Positions 1-10,225 of a stretch of DNA of 64,000 nt are shown one piece after another. Location of the stretch: assembly GCA_038896555.1 (NCBI GenBank), contig JAWACZ010000002.1, positions 13,873-77,872 of the forward strand, read 5' to 3'. The notes below the pieces were generated by a model that saw only the letters and a program-made list of their open reading frames with translations, made no database searches and was not told where the DNA came from. Position 1 is the stretch's first letter. Each line of letters starts with the position of its first letter. Made by a program: the position numbers and the translations under genes. This DNA comes from Candidatus Caldarchaeum sp. (GTDB lineage: Archaea; Thermoproteota; Nitrososphaeria_A; Caldarchaeales; Caldarchaeaceae).

Positions 1-1226
1 TTCTTGGGATGAGCACGTTGGGCAAGCTCAGGTATCTTTACATTCCCGCAAGCCTTCCAAGGGTTCTGCAAAACATCCAGCCATCCTGGGCTAACGGCAT
101 CTTCTTCTTGGTTGGTAGCGAAATACTTTCTTTCGGAGAGACAGAAATCGAGCTTTTCGGGCTGGGGACTTTAACCTCAAGGTTTACGGTTGCCGGCGAC
201 ACCGTGGGCGTTGCCTTGACTCTGGCCATACTTGTCATAGCGACGGTTCTGACAACGTTTTTCGTTTTCATTCCTCTCACCCGTTTGACGGAGCCTAGGA
301 GAAAGCACGGGGGAGAGGTTTCAGGCCTGAGGCTTGCTGTCAGAAGGCTGATGGGTGTTGCACGGACAATACCAGTCCATCCAGGCCATGCTTTCTCTGA
401 GTACAACAAAGCGGTCGCAGGGCTTGTTAGACATGTCGCTTTCATCTCTTCAATACTGAGGGGTGTTTTATTCTTCGTCCTGGGCGGGCTTTTGATAACC
501 CTGTTTATAGCCAGGGGTGAGGAGCTCCTCGTACGTGTTGCCGCAGTCGCGGAAACCATCAACACCATTGGTTTAGACACTCTGGCTCAATCATCCCTCT
601 TCTCGTTAGCTAGGGTTGGAGCTGCTGTGGTTTTCTCGGTGGCTTGGAGTCTGCCAGCAGCTATCGCGGTGGCGAGAAGACCGAAAGCGGCCGCCGCCGT
701 CACAACGGTTCTGCAGGTCGTCGCATCCATCCCAGTAACCATTGTATATCCGCTCGTCGCAAGCCTTCTTGCAGAACAAGATGAGCTTAGAGCGTTCATC
801 ATGATAATATCCGCAACACAGTGGTATGTCTTTTTCCAAGTCCTGTCTGGGCTCAGAAACATTCCAGCGGTTGAGGTTGAGGTGGCCGATCTGCTAGGGC
901 TTAAAACCATAGACAAAATCAAGACCGTTTACTTGCCGAGAGCTATGCCGGCTCTGGTAACAGGCTGTATAACTGCGGCCGGAGGTGCTTGGAATGGTTT
1001 AGTTGTGGCTGAGAGGCTTGTGCTGGGCAATTTCGTAGCTGAAACACGTCTCCCAGGGCTTGGAAAGCTTCTCTCCATCATGACCTACGGAGGAAACCTT
1101 GTAGGAAGCATAGCTGTCATAACTATAATGTCGACTTTGATTGTGTTGATGAACAGGCTGTTCTGGAAAAGAATGTACGACTCGGTGATCTCTAAGCTTA
1201 AAATTCAAGAACAAGTTGGAAGATAG
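1..1226 (+). CDS. ABC transporter permease, NitT/TauT-like; 5'-partial because the frame is open to the window edge
   Basis: Polytopic hydrophobic protein directly upstream of, and overlapping, an ABC ATPase. The N-terminal residues look like the end of a preceding permease domain, so the gene probably starts outside the window. Confidence 0.7.
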   Translation, partial: LGMSTLGKLRYLYIPASLPRVLQNIQPSWANGIFFLVGSEILSFGETEIELFGLGTLTSRFTVAGDTVGVALTLAILVIATVLTTFFVFIPLTRLTEPRRKHGGEVSGLRLAVRRLMGVARTIPVHPGHAFSEYNKAVAGLVRHVAFISSILRGVLFFVLGGLLITLFIARGEELLVRVAAVAETINTIGLDTLAQSSLFSLARVGAAVVFSVAWSLPAAIAVARRPKAAAAVTTVLQVVASIPVTIVYPLVASLLAEQDELRAFIMIISATQWYVFFQVLSGLRNIPAVEVEVADLLGLKTIDKIKTVYLPRAMPALVTGCITAAGGAWNGLVVAERLVLGNFVAETRLPGLGKLLSIMTYGGNLVGSIAVITIMSTLIVLMNRLFWKRMYDSVISKLKIQEQVGR

Positions 1227-2007
1227 CCGGCTGGGGTCGGTGACTTGCTTGGAGGCTTTACTCAACGTGGTCAACGTTTCCCACAGTTTCTACACCAAAA
1301 AGGGGATGGTGATAGAGGTTTTGAAAGACATGAACATCGAATTGAAGTTCGGGGAGTTTCTAGGAGTTGTTGGACAGAGCGGCTCTGGGAAAACGACGCT
1401 TCTGAAGATTATGGCGGGGCTTCTGAAGCCAACGAGCGGTATCGTGCTTTATAAAGGAAAGCCGGTAAACGGGCCCACCCCCGCTATTTCGCTTGTCTTC
1501 CAAGAACCTGCCCTTTTCCCATGGCTCACAGTTCTTGAAAACGTTGTCCTCGCTCTGAAGAGGTTTGAAAATCTTTCGAAAGACGAGATGGTTGAAAGGG
1601 CTAAAGCTTATCTTGACATGGTGGGGCTGTCGGGTTTTGAGTATGCTTACCCGGGCGAGCTGAGCGGCGGTATGAAGCAGAGAGTTGTTCTAGCTCGAGC
1701 CTTGGTTACAAACCCTGACGTTCTCCTGATGGATGAGCCTTTCAGCAACGTCGACCCGCTGACAGCCGTTGCTCTGCGTCGTGAAATAGACATGCTGAGA
1801 GCTCATGAAACCCTTCCTCCTTCATCGGTTCTGCTTGTATCCCACAACGTTGAAGAAATTGTTGAGCTCAGTGACAGGGTTTTGGTTTTAAGCGGCAGGC
1901 CTGCACAGGTTAGGGGTGAGGTATTAATATCTATGGAGAAGCCGAGGGACAGAAGAAGCCCGGCCTTCTACGAGTTTGTCGACCAAATCTTTACGTTGAT
2001 GAGTTAG
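1216..2007 (+). CDS. ABC transporter ATP-binding protein
   Basis: Walker A 'GQSGSGKTT', ABC signature 'LSGGMKQR', Walker B 'LLMDEP'. Overlaps the permease stop. Confidence 0.9.
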   Translation: MEDSRLGSVTCLEALLNVVNVSHSFYTKKGMVIEVLKDMNIELKFGEFLGVVGQSGSGKTTLLKIMAGLLKPTSGIVLYKGKPVNGPTPAISLVFQEPALFPWLTVLENVVLALKRFENLSKDEMVERAKAYLDMVGLSGFEYAYPGELSGGMKQRVVLARALVTNPDVLLMDEPFSNVDPLTAVALRREIDMLRAHETLPPSSVLLVSHNVEEIVELSDRVLVLSGRPAQVRGEVLISMEKPRDRRSPAFYEFVDQIFTLMS

Positions 2008-2512
2008 ACTGCGTCTTGCGGGCCTTTAGCCTGAACAATCCCGAGTTGCCGTCGTAGCTGAGCAGTTCGGTGTATATCATCCAGTCCATCAAAAGCTCCC
2101 TGAGCTTGTCTGCGTTCTCAGCATACTCCACAAACCTAGGGTCGTTGGACAGCCTGTTCACCAAATCGTCTATGCTGAAACCTTTCGGGTTCTCCTTCGC
2201 GAGAGAAAGCGCCGTGGAGAAAGGCTCTAGCGACGGCAGCTGTTCCTTGAGTATTTTCTTCTTTCCTTTCGCAAGGCTTTTGCTTACCTTTATGCCCAGC
2301 TGTGTTGCAACCCCCTCGCCGTTATGTATCTCCAGAACGCCCAGCATCTCGGCAGCCGTCGAAGCAGGCAGTATCTGGTCAACCTCCATCTGCAGCTCGC
2401 GTGCTATGAAGGCAAGGTCCGCCCTGCCTCCATACGCAACAACCAGCTCCAAGAGACCTAAAACGGTTCCGAGCCGGGCGTCCAGAGGAAAGTTTTTAGG
2501 CTGTTGCCCCAT
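1991..2512 (-). CDS. Stand-alone AAA-associated (ABC ATPase C-terminal-type) domain protein
   Basis: The pattern '[45 protein letters not shown]' matches my memory of the domain normally fused to NitT/TauT-type ABC ATPases. Not checked by search. Confidence 0.5.
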   Translation of the reverse strand: MGQQPKNFPLDARLGTVLGLLELVVAYGGRADLAFIARELQMEVDQILPASTAAEMLGVLEIHNGEGVATQLGIKVSKSLAKGKKKILKEQLPSLEPFSTALSLAKENPKGFSIDDLVNRLSNDPRFVEYAENADKLRELLMDWMIYTELLSYDGNSGLFRLKARKTQSNSST

Positions 2513-2549
2513 ACGTGTTTAAGGTGGGGCTGGTCCTAAATTAAGCCTT

Positions 2550-3716
2550 CTACAAAACCTTTATAACCTGCCTCTCCTCGAGCTCCGCCACCTTAGCAGC
2601 TCCACCCGACTGCTCTACAACTTTCTTCAACATCATTAGGCATGCATCCATCTCCTCGTCCTTAAACACAAGCTCCACCATATGTTCGAAAAATGTGGGG
2701 TTGAGGCTGTCTTGGTCGATTATTTTGCAGGCTCCGATCTTCATGGCTTTCTGTGCGTTGTACCATTGTTCACCATGGTGTGGTGTCGGGATGAGCAGCA
2801 TCTTCTTGCCGTAGGCGATGCATTTTGAGATTAAAGTAAGCCCGCCTCTCCCGACAACCAAATCCGCAGCCATCATCAACCTGTCCAAATCCTCAACCCA
2901 GCCGTAAACATGCAATTTTCCAACCTTCCTAGCCTCGGACGACACAGGGTTAGCCGTGGAGAGAACGTATGCATAATCGTCGCGCAATCCGTCTGCTATG
3001 GATATAAACCTATCCACCAGAACTTTTTTCTCCAACGGCCCTCCGCTGACAACAATCACTACAAGCGGTTTGTTTTCTGCCCCGTACCTACTTCTAAGAG
3101 CCGTCAAATCATTTTCAGATAGCGAAATCTTTTCGACTAACGGGCCGACGAAAACCGTTTTCTTCATCTGTTTTTCAGGAATGCCTAATGTCGCCTCGGA
3201 GATCGTGTATGGTGGTGGAAGGTCGGGGATGACAATCATATCCGACATGTTCCAAACCAGCGTTGGAGCCTGAATCGCATGCTGAGTCATCTCAGCCAGC
3301 CATGTGCATTTCCTTGTCTGCAGCAAGAGGTTGTACTGGTTGAGCATCGTGACGACGGGTTTGCCTACAATCTTGGCGGCCAACACCGCGGAAGCCCGTG
3401 TGTCGGACAAGACAACATCGGCGTTTAGCTCGTTTAAGCAGGCTATCTCAGCAGCTGTCTGCGAAGCAATCTTGAACGGGAGAAACAGATTGTTTTTGAT
3501 GGTTTGCTTGACTGAAATCCCTCCGTCCCTTCCGACGCCGTAGCTTACGCCAGGTACTTTAACGGGTTGAAAACCATGCCGGACAAGATATTCAACAGCC
3601 TGGCCGTAGGCTGAGAAAGAAACTTTATGCCCTCTGCTCATAAGCTCCTTGGCCACGACAAGACTTCTCGAAACGTGTCCAAGCCCTATCCCGCAAACCG
3701 CTATGTGCGCAAGCAT
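2550..3716 (-). CDS. Glycosyltransferase, GT1/GT28 (MurG-like) family
   Basis: N-terminal 'GIGLGHVSRS' and C-terminal 'GRGGLTLISKCIAYGKKMLLIPTPHHGEQWYNA', typical of the UDP-glycosyltransferase GT-B fold. Confidence 0.75.
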   Translation of the reverse strand: MLAHIAVCGIGLGHVSRSLVVAKELMSRGHKVSFSAYGQAVEYLVRHGFQPVKVPGVSYGVGRDGGISVKQTIKNNLFLPFKIASQTAAEIACLNELNADVVLSDTRASAVLAAKIVGKPVVTMLNQYNLLLQTRKCTWLAEMTQHAIQAPTLVWNMSDMIVIPDLPPPYTISEATLGIPEKQMKKTVFVGPLVEKISLSENDLTALRSRYGAENKPLVVIVVSGGPLEKKVLVDRFISIADGLRDDYAYVLSTANPVSSEARKVGKLHVYGWVEDLDRLMMAADLVVGRGGLTLISKCIAYGKKMLLIPTPHHGEQWYNAQKAMKIGACKIIDQDSLNPTFFEHMVELVFKDEEMDACLMMLKKVVEQSGGAAKVAELEERQVIKVL

Positions 3717-3721
3717 CTTCG

Positions 3722-4318
3722 CTACACTAGCTGGGAGCGTGTAACTTTTCCTCCTGGGCTTTGCTCGGCGAAAACCTCGGCGGTATAGCGGAGAAGACGC
3801 ATTTTTCCATGCAGCCAGTAGGTGGGGTTCAGCCCCGCTTTCACGCAGAGATGCGAAAGATACTCCTCAGCGTCCCAGCCGTACATGACTGGAACCTGGG
3901 GTAGAAGAAGACAGGACCCGTAGGGGGTTTCGATGATGAGCCCATCCACGCCGACTCTAATCATGTTCGGCAAATCTTTTCTAGAGGCTGTGTCAACTTC
4001 CTCGGGCCGTGTGAGCACGCTTACCTCGAAGACTACTTTGGGAAGCTCTTCATAGCGGAGGGGTGGAAACCTAGGGTCTTCAACAGCTGCAGCTATCGCA
4101 GCTCGGACAGTAGCCTCGCCTAAAGGCATTTGAGGATATGGAAACCCTATGCATCCTCGAAGCTCCTTCAGAGGGTACACGTAGATTGATACAAAAACTC
4201 CCTTTTTCTCCTGTAAAGCAGGGTTATCCTCTGGTTTTAACAAAATTCCATCCTTGAGAAAAAGCTCAACAGCCCTTCTAGCCAGAGACACAAGCATGAC
4301 GCCTCTTTTATCCTCCAT
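3722..4318 (-). CDS. AMMECR1 domain protein
   Basis: 'LRGCIGFPYP' AMMECR1 signature. I chose the internal ATG at 4318 because the ORF-track start at 4393 would overlap the upstream gene by 71 nt. Confidence 0.8.
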   Translation of the reverse strand: MEDKRGVMLVSLARRAVELFLKDGILLKPEDNPALQEKKGVFVSIYVYPLKELRGCIGFPYPQMPLGEATVRAAIAAAVEDPRFPPLRYEELPKVVFEVSVLTRPEEVDTASRKDLPNMIRVGVDGLIIETPYGSCLLLPQVPVMYGWDAEEYLSHLCVKAGLNPTYWLHGKMRLLRYTAEVFAEQSPGGKVTRSQLV

Positions 4319-4322
4319 ACCG

Positions 4323-4742
4323 CTACCCTTGTAGAAGCTTAAGCGTTTTACTAATGTTTCTCCAATGTCCTCCAACCCAGTATGATTTGCCACATGAGGT
4401 GCACGCCCATTTTAATGGGTTTTCAGAAACCTTCAGCAGCACTGCGTTACATGCAGGGCATCGGCTGCCGTCTTCTCTGAAGACAAGAGATATTCCAGTC
4501 ATCTGCTTGATCGTCTTCAGGGATTCCACGGTGTCGGTTGTGTGGAGTAGGACTGTTTCCACCCCAAGCTTACGCGATTTCTGAGCCAAGGCTCTGTCCC
4601 TTGTGACGAAAATTCTACCCTCGGCTTTGGCGGCCTTTATTGCCTCCTCATCACGCAGTTCTCTGTTATATTTTGTATCGTATCCCAACAGCCTGAGCCA
4701 TGTTACGAGGTTGCCTAACATCGTGTCTAGGAAGAATTTCAT
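4323..4742 (-). CDS. Mut7-C (PIN-like) RNase domain protein with C-terminal Zn ribbon
   Basis: 'FLDTMLGNLVTWLRLLGYDT' N-terminus and 'CPACN...CTSCGKSYWVGGHW' C-terminus, typical of Mut7-C/DUF82. Confidence 0.75.
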   Translation of the reverse strand: MKFFLDTMLGNLVTWLRLLGYDTKYNRELRDEEAIKAAKAEGRIFVTRDRALAQKSRKLGVETVLLHTTDTVESLKTIKQMTGISLVFREDGSRCPACNAVLLKVSENPLKWACTSCGKSYWVGGHWRNISKTLKLLQG

Positions 4743-5353
4743 TCCGTGGGCTTGAGCCCCTTACCCTCAAGCTCGAGCCTGCACTCCTCGCACAAAAGCT
4801 GGTCCTCAACCCTGACTAGAAGGTCTGACCATTCGCCGCATGATTCGCAGTATCCCTCGACGGGGTTGTTTGAAGGGGCCGTCGCAGCCAGCCCTATCCT
4901 GAGCTTCTCCCTCACGATAGAAAGTATCTCTGGGGTTACTTGAAGGATGTCTTTAATCGTTACAACTCCGACAAGCTTCTCCTTGTAGACTACAGCTAAA
5001 CGGCTTATCTTAAGCCTGTTCATCTTGTTTAGAGCGTCTTCTATCAGGACGTCCGGCTCGATGGTTTGGAGAGGCGTTGTCATGATGTCACGGGCCCGCA
5101 CTGTGTTGGGGTCGCTTCCGTTCGCAACAACCTGGCAGACTATGTCGGTTTTCGTGATTATTCCAACGGGCTTGCCGTTTGAGCTGATCACCACGCTTCC
5201 TATTCCGTATTTTCTCATAAGCTCGGCAACCTCGACGATGGTGGTGTTTTCGCTGGCCTCGACTACGGGACTGGACATGACGTCCCGCACCCTTACCTCG
5301 TCGACCAACGCCGTCGGCTTAACCATCTTCTCTACGTCAAACCTTCTACTCAA
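4739..5353 (-). CDS. CBS-pair domain protein with C-terminal Zn ribbon
   Basis: Two CBS repeats ('VRDVMSSPVV...', 'ARDIMTTPLQTI...') and 'CESCG...CEEC'. 4-nt overlaps with both neighbours. Confidence 0.8.
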   Translation of the reverse strand: MSRRFDVEKMVKPTALVDEVRVRDVMSSPVVEASENTTIVEVAELMRKYGIGSVVISSNGKPVGIITKTDIVCQVVANGSDPNTVRARDIMTTPLQTIEPDVLIEDALNKMNRLKISRLAVVYKEKLVGVVTIKDILQVTPEILSIVREKLRIGLAATAPSNNPVEGYCESCGEWSDLLVRVEDQLLCEECRLELEGKGLKPTE

Positions 5354-7257
5354 CTCTTAATAAGCTTGTCTTGATAGAACACTGAACACATCCCATAGGG
5401 GATTTGAGCTTCCAGAGCCTTCACATTCTCTTCCCCAGTGGGGATTTTTAAGAGCTCAAGAACCTTACCCGCCGCCTCGCCTGCGTTAGTCCTCCCAGGC
5501 CTCAGCTCCACGTGGGAGAGGTTGAGCCTACGGGCGGTAAGGTAGGGAACTACTGCGGGGCCGCCGTCCCCGAGAGAAACAGCGGCTAGACGCAGCTCAG
5601 CTGTAACGTAGGTTTTCCTGCCGTACACCATGAAAGACCCCTTAGGAAGGTACTGTCCGGAAGGAGGTTTGAACGAGACTTGGCTCGGGCTAACATAGTA
5701 GACCGAAACGTTTGTGAACATTTCACGCCAAGCCCGGCTGTAGCAAGCTGTCATCTGGGCGGCTTCCTCGATGTCTTCAGGCGAGGCTTTTGCTCCATTT
5801 TTCAATATGGTTGCTGGCGAACCTTGGATATCAGCATGAAGCACCAAATCATCGTCTGACAAGTGTTTCCTGAGAAGCAGAACGTTAGAGCTAGCGTCTC
5901 TGCCCAACATGACGGTGAAACCGCCCGATGTCCTGAACTCCCTGAAAGGTTTTCTCAGCTTTCTTGTTTCAGGCTTTCTCACAGTTACCGAAGCGGCTAA
6001 AGCCTCCTTCTCCCCTTCGGCTTGTTTAATCCTAGTTTCTAGCTGTTCAACCTCGTTCTGCAGCTTAGCGACCGTTTTCCTCAAAGCTTTCATCGCGTCA
6101 AAAAGCTTACCCAGCTGTCGGTGGAGGGACTCGTCTTTCCTAAGGGTCAGCTTTGCCTCCCCCATCTCCAGCTGTAAAAGATTGTGTTTTAGAATGGCTT
6201 TGCATCCTGTTGCCTCCGCTATAGCTGCGGCTTTTTTCTCAGGGTCTGTCCAAACGTCCTCGAGTAGGTGGGATGCAGAACGTATTTTTTCAATAAAGTT
6301 TTCCAAGACTTTCATCTTTTCCAATAGAGTTTGCACAACATAGAGTCTGTCGTTCTTTTCTTTCTCGAGATTCTTTATTTTCTCGTTTATCTGCTTGCTT
6401 ATAAGTTTCCTCTCTTGTTCGGCCATATTATGAAGATGAGCCGTCATCACGGCTTCGCTGAAGGTGTTTGTAATGACGTGTTTGGCGTCAGCCAGAGACT
6501 CCAGTTCTATGACAGATGGGACCGCTTCATCACCGACATAGTAGACGGCTGGTTTAGGCGATTCAACCTCGGTCAAAACAGCTGACAAAGCGTCGGAGAT
6601 TTTTTGCCACTCCTCATCCGTGAGCGAGGCGGTCTTAGCTTGTTTGTCTACGCCTGCTCGGAAAAGCACTTCCTGTGCATACTTGCCGCCCAGCCCAAGG
6701 TCTCTTGACAGGGAGGCGACGATGGGGGAGCCTGGGTTCAGCATGCTGAAAAAGTTTTTCGGAAGGGCCCCAGGCAGGGCAGAGAACTTTTCGGCGGGAG
6801 GCCTGTATTCAACTCCTCTTTTAACCGTCCTAGAAGCCTTTTCATAAAACTCCAAAGCCCAGACAACCAGCCCATCCTTCAACAAAATGATGTTGCCCGG
6901 AGGCATCAGCTCAACCACGAGGGAAAAGTTGCTTTTCTCAAACCGTATCTCAACTATTCTTTCAGAGCCTTTTTGCACCAGCTCCGTTATTTTTAACCCC
7001 GTTATCAGCTTCCTCAGCTGAGCTATTTGGTCGCTGGGCTTTTCGGGCTTGGGCAGGGTTTTATCGGTGGAGTAGAAAGCCGAGCCGGCGGCAAGACAGA
7101 GCTCGAAGGTACCGAAGCCAGGCTTGGAAAGCTTGAGCGCCAAGGAATTAGAGCCCACTCCATAAACGTTCTTCACAAAAGACTGCCTGACTATCGGGCC
7201 TATCTCCTTAACCAGCACGGCTATCTCCGCCGAGCTCAGCTGCACCATCCCAGACAA
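5350..7257 (-). CDS. NFACT family protein (archaeal Rqc2/NEMF/FbpA homologue)
   Basis: 635 aa with an N-terminal NFACT-N-like region, a central coiled coil, and a DUF814/NFACT-R segment 'GFTVMLGRDASSNVLLLRKHLSDDDLVLHADIQGSPATIL'. Confidence 0.8.
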   Translation of the reverse strand: MSGMVQLSSAEIAVLVKEIGPIVRQSFVKNVYGVGSNSLALKLSKPGFGTFELCLAAGSAFYSTDKTLPKPEKPSDQIAQLRKLITGLKITELVQKGSERIVEIRFEKSNFSLVVELMPPGNIILLKDGLVVWALEFYEKASRTVKRGVEYRPPAEKFSALPGALPKNFFSMLNPGSPIVASLSRDLGLGGKYAQEVLFRAGVDKQAKTASLTDEEWQKISDALSAVLTEVESPKPAVYYVGDEAVPSVIELESLADAKHVITNTFSEAVMTAHLHNMAEQERKLISKQINEKIKNLEKEKNDRLYVVQTLLEKMKVLENFIEKIRSASHLLEDVWTDPEKKAAAIAEATGCKAILKHNLLQLEMGEAKLTLRKDESLHRQLGKLFDAMKALRKTVAKLQNEVEQLETRIKQAEGEKEALAASVTVRKPETRKLRKPFREFRTSGGFTVMLGRDASSNVLLLRKHLSDDDLVLHADIQGSPATILKNGAKASPEDIEEAAQMTACYSRAWREMFTNVSVYYVSPSQVSFKPPSGQYLPKGSFMVYGRKTYVTAELRLAAVSLGDGGPAVVPYLTARRLNLSHVELRPGRTNAGEAAGKVLELLKIPTGEENVKALEAQIPYGMCSVFYQDKLIKS

Positions 7258-7305
7258 ATCAGGGCATGGTTGGATTAAAACCTCGGTTCAGCCAAGATTT
7301 AATTC

Positions 7306-7605
7306 ATGGTTTTGAAGGCAGAACAAGGGATAGTTTTGGGTTTCGACTACGTTTACTGGATAAAGGTTTTGACGGCCGCGGTCTACGGATACTTGTCCGC
7401 CTACGCCGTAGCCCTGTTTAAAACCCCTCTGTACACCTACCTATTCCTCCTCCTAGCCTGCTTGCTGTACGTCGTTTTGGCTGAAATTTTGTGGAGGGCA
7501 GGTGGCATGCAGGTCCGTAGACGGCAATCATACGTGAACGGGGCTGGAGGATATGCTGGCGTCTACCTTCTTTCATGGATTGTTTTCTTCAACCTTCTGA
7601 TGTAG
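7306..7605 (+). CDS. Small integral membrane protein, unknown function
   Basis: 99-aa ORF with three hydrophobic helices. No recognisable motif. Confidence 0.4.
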   Translation: MVLKAEQGIVLGFDYVYWIKVLTAAVYGYLSAYAVALFKTPLYTYLFLLLACLLYVVLAEILWRAGGMQVRRRQSYVNGAGGYAGVYLLSWIVFFNLLM

Positions 7606-7951
7606 GTGAAGCTTTCGCGGGTTTTGGAAGCTTGTCTAAAAGCTGTAAAACGTCTCTCCACGCGGTAAAATATCTATCCTCCTTTCCCAACAGCTTTGAA
7701 AGCTTTTCCAAGTGGCCGATTATTTCACGTCTCCGTTTCCTAATCTCCTCATTCAAGTAGAGCATATAGATTAGTGAGTCGTGGTCCTCACCCGAATAGG
7801 AATGGTATATGCCTTTGAGTGCGTGGATGTACCTCTTCTCTCCTGGATATTTTTCCTCGAGCTGCTGCAGCATCCGCTCCGCTTCGGCGAACTTGTTTTT
7901 GAAAAGCTGCTCGAGAAACCCAGCAACCTCTTTCGGAGACATCTCCAACAC
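7589..7951 (-). CDS. Hypothetical helical protein encoded 2 nt downstream of radA
   Basis: 120-aa ORF in tight tandem with radA. Predicted helical and charged. No motif recognised. Confidence 0.5.
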   Translation of the reverse strand: MLEMSPKEVAGFLEQLFKNKFAEAERMLQQLEEKYPGEKRYIHALKGIYHSYSGEDHDSLIYMLYLNEEIRKRRREIIGHLEKLSKLLGKEDRYFTAWRDVLQLLDKLPKPAKASPTSEG

Positions 7952-7953
7952 CT

Positions 7954-8922
7954 CTAACCATTCTCCACATCCTCTACTCCGTTTTCAGTTATCTTGAAAA
8001 CTGCTTCCCCCTCGGGGAGGTACGGGCTTGAGACAAGCCTCGCTATCCTTATGGCTCTTCCAGCTACCTTCCTAAGCAGAACCCTGTTGTGGCTGGTGTG
8101 ACCTACTATGTGCCCGCCTACGGGGAAGACGGCGGAAGTGCTGAATATGTCGTCTGGCTTAGCCATGACCTGATTTGTTACTACGGCGGCTGCGTTGAAG
8201 GCTCTTGCAAGCCTGACAAGCTTATGCATGTGTTTGTTGAGCTTCTGCTGCCTCTCGGGGAGCAGCTGCCTGCCCAGGTATTCGCTTCTAAAATGGGATG
8301 TGAGAGAATCAACTATTATAAGCCTTACGTTCTTCTCCTTTATCACCTTGTCGGCTTTCTCGAGGAGAAGCATTTGATGGTCGCTTGTGTATGCCTCCGA
8401 ATAGATTATCCGCTCCATGGCCTCGTCTGGGTCCAGCCCCACGTGTCTCGCCATCGCAACTGTCCTCTCGGGCCTGAAAGTGTTTTCTGTGTCTATGTAT
8501 AGGGTGGCTCCATCAAGCCCTCCTCTCCTGACGGGCAGCTGGACGTTGACAGCCAGCTGATGGCATATCTGAGACTTGCCCGTTCCAAACTCGCCGAAAA
8601 ACTCTGTAATAGCCTGCGTCTCTACTCCTCCTCCCAGCAGCATGTCAAGCCTGCTACTGCCTGTGGTCACACGGCCTATCGATGTCTTGACCTCAGCGAG
8701 CTCTTTCGCAGTAACCCATGAGATTTCGATGCCTTCTCTGGCGGCTGCAATGACCTGTGATGCATGCTTTTCGTCAAAACCTACCGCCATCAGCTCGGCG
8801 ACCGTGGCGGTGGCGACGGATTCGACCGTTGTGTAACCCATTTCCCTCAGCTTGTCCGCTAAAGCCTTGCTTACGCCGGGAAGTTCCTCAAGGTATGTGT
8901 AACGGGTTTCCTTTACTGTCAA
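7954..8922 (-). CDS. radA: DNA repair and recombination protein RadA
   Basis: N-terminal HhH region '[27 protein letters not shown]', Walker A 'GEFGTGKSQ', Walker B 'LIIVDSL'. Confidence 0.95.
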   Translation of the reverse strand: MTVKETRYTYLEELPGVSKALADKLREMGYTTVESVATATVAELMAVGFDEKHASQVIAAAREGIEISWVTAKELAEVKTSIGRVTTGSSRLDMLLGGGVETQAITEFFGEFGTGKSQICHQLAVNVQLPVRRGGLDGATLYIDTENTFRPERTVAMARHVGLDPDEAMERIIYSEAYTSDHQMLLLEKADKVIKEKNVRLIIVDSLTSHFRSEYLGRQLLPERQQKLNKHMHKLVRLARAFNAAAVVTNQVMAKPDDIFSTSAVFPVGGHIVGHTSHNRVLLRKVAGRAIRIARLVSSPYLPEGEAVFKITENGVEDVENG

Positions 8923-8956
8923 CGCTGAAACCCTATCAACAACATTCTACTGCGGC

Positions 8957-8965
8957 TTATAAAAA
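8957..8965. promoter_or_regulatory. TATA-like box in the radA/apgM divergent intergenic region
   Basis: 'ttataaaaa' lies about 30-35 nt from the apgM ATG (8996) and about 38 nt from the radA start (8922) on the other strand. Confidence 0.35.
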
Positions 8966-8992
8966 CTAATAGCGGGCTCTACAGGGACTGCG

Positions 8993-10225
8993 GTGATGAA
9001 TGCTGTTTTGATTGTTTTGGACGGGCTGGGAGACAGGCGCTGTAAGGCTTTAAACGGCTTAACCCCTCTTCAAGCTGCTCGGGCAAAGTTGTTCGACAGG
9101 CTGGCGGCTGAGGGGGAGACAGGGCTGGTTGACGTAGTCTCCCCCGGCGTTCCCAACGGAAGCGACACAGGCCATTTAGCACTATTAGGATACGACCCAT
9201 ACCGCTACTATACAGGCCGTGGGCCTTTCGAGGCTTTGGGAGCTGGTTTTGAATTGGAGGAGAACGACGTGGCTTTTCGATGCAACTTCGGAACGGTCAG
9301 CCAGAACAACGTGCTTATAGACCGTCGCGCGGGAAGGATATCTACAGAGGAAGGGCGTCAGCTGGCTGGAGAAATTGGAAAAACAACCATAGACGATGTG
9401 GAGATCTTCTTCAAACACACAGTAGAGCACAGAGGCGTGGTTGTCATGAGGGGCGACGGCCTCTCGCACAAAGTTTCCAACGTCGACCCGCATCAAAACG
9501 GTGTCTCCGTGCAGATGCCTAGGCCGTTGGACGAAAGCAAAGAAGCACGTTTTACTGCGGAGGTTTTAGCGAAGTTTCTGGCATGGAGCAAGGATGTGCT
9601 TTCAAGCCATCCAGTCAACTTGGCGAGGTTGAAGAAGGGGCTGCAGCCAGCTAACTTTCTGCTCACCCGCGGCGCAGGCGTTCTGCCGAAGATTCCCAGC
9701 TTCAAGGAAAAGTATGGATTGAATGCTGCCGTGGTTGCGGGTGGAGCTCTTTACAAAGGAGTTTGTAGGGCTGCCGGCTTCAACGTTGTGGAGGTAGAGG
9801 CGGCTACGGGTACTGTTAACACCAACCTCGTGGGAAAGGTTGAAGCCACCTTAGAAGCCCTCAAAACCCATGAGTTCGTCCTCCTCCACATCAAAGCCAC
9901 GGACACAGTTAGCCATGATAGGAAACCGTTGGAAAAAGCCAAAATGATAGAGAAGATAGCCGGGGCGTTAGAGGCGTTGGTCGACCGCATGCCGTCAAAC
10001 ACCTACCTAAGCGTGACCGGAGACCATACCACTCCCTCGGAGATTGGAGACCACCGAGGAGACCCGGTTCCGCTGCTTGTGTGGGGGCCTGAAGTGAGGG
10101 GGGACATGGTCAACATGTTTGACGAAATCTCATGCTCGCAGGGCGGGCTTGGAAGGATACGGGGCGTCGACCTAATGCCCATCATAGCCAACTACCTCGG
10201 AGTCCTTGAGATGTTCGGTGAATGA
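8993..10225 (+). CDS. apgM: 2,3-bisphosphoglycerate-independent phosphoglycerate mutase, archaeal type
   Basis: 'AVLIVLDGLGDR' N-terminus and 'TGDHTTP' metal-binding motif. About 410 aa. Confidence 0.85.
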   Translation: MMNAVLIVLDGLGDRRCKALNGLTPLQAARAKLFDRLAAEGETGLVDVVSPGVPNGSDTGHLALLGYDPYRYYTGRGPFEALGAGFELEENDVAFRCNFGTVSQNNVLIDRRAGRISTEEGRQLAGEIGKTTIDDVEIFFKHTVEHRGVVVMRGDGLSHKVSNVDPHQNGVSVQMPRPLDESKEARFTAEVLAKFLAWSKDVLSSHPVNLARLKKGLQPANFLLTRGAGVLPKIPSFKEKYGLNAAVVAGGALYKGVCRAAGFNVVEVEAATGTVNTNLVGKVEATLEALKTHEFVLLHIKATDTVSHDRKPLEKAKMIEKIAGALEALVDRMPSNTYLSVTGDHTTPSEIGDHRGDPVPLLVWGPEVRGDMVNMFDEISCSQGGLGRIRGVDLMPIIANYLGVLEMFGE

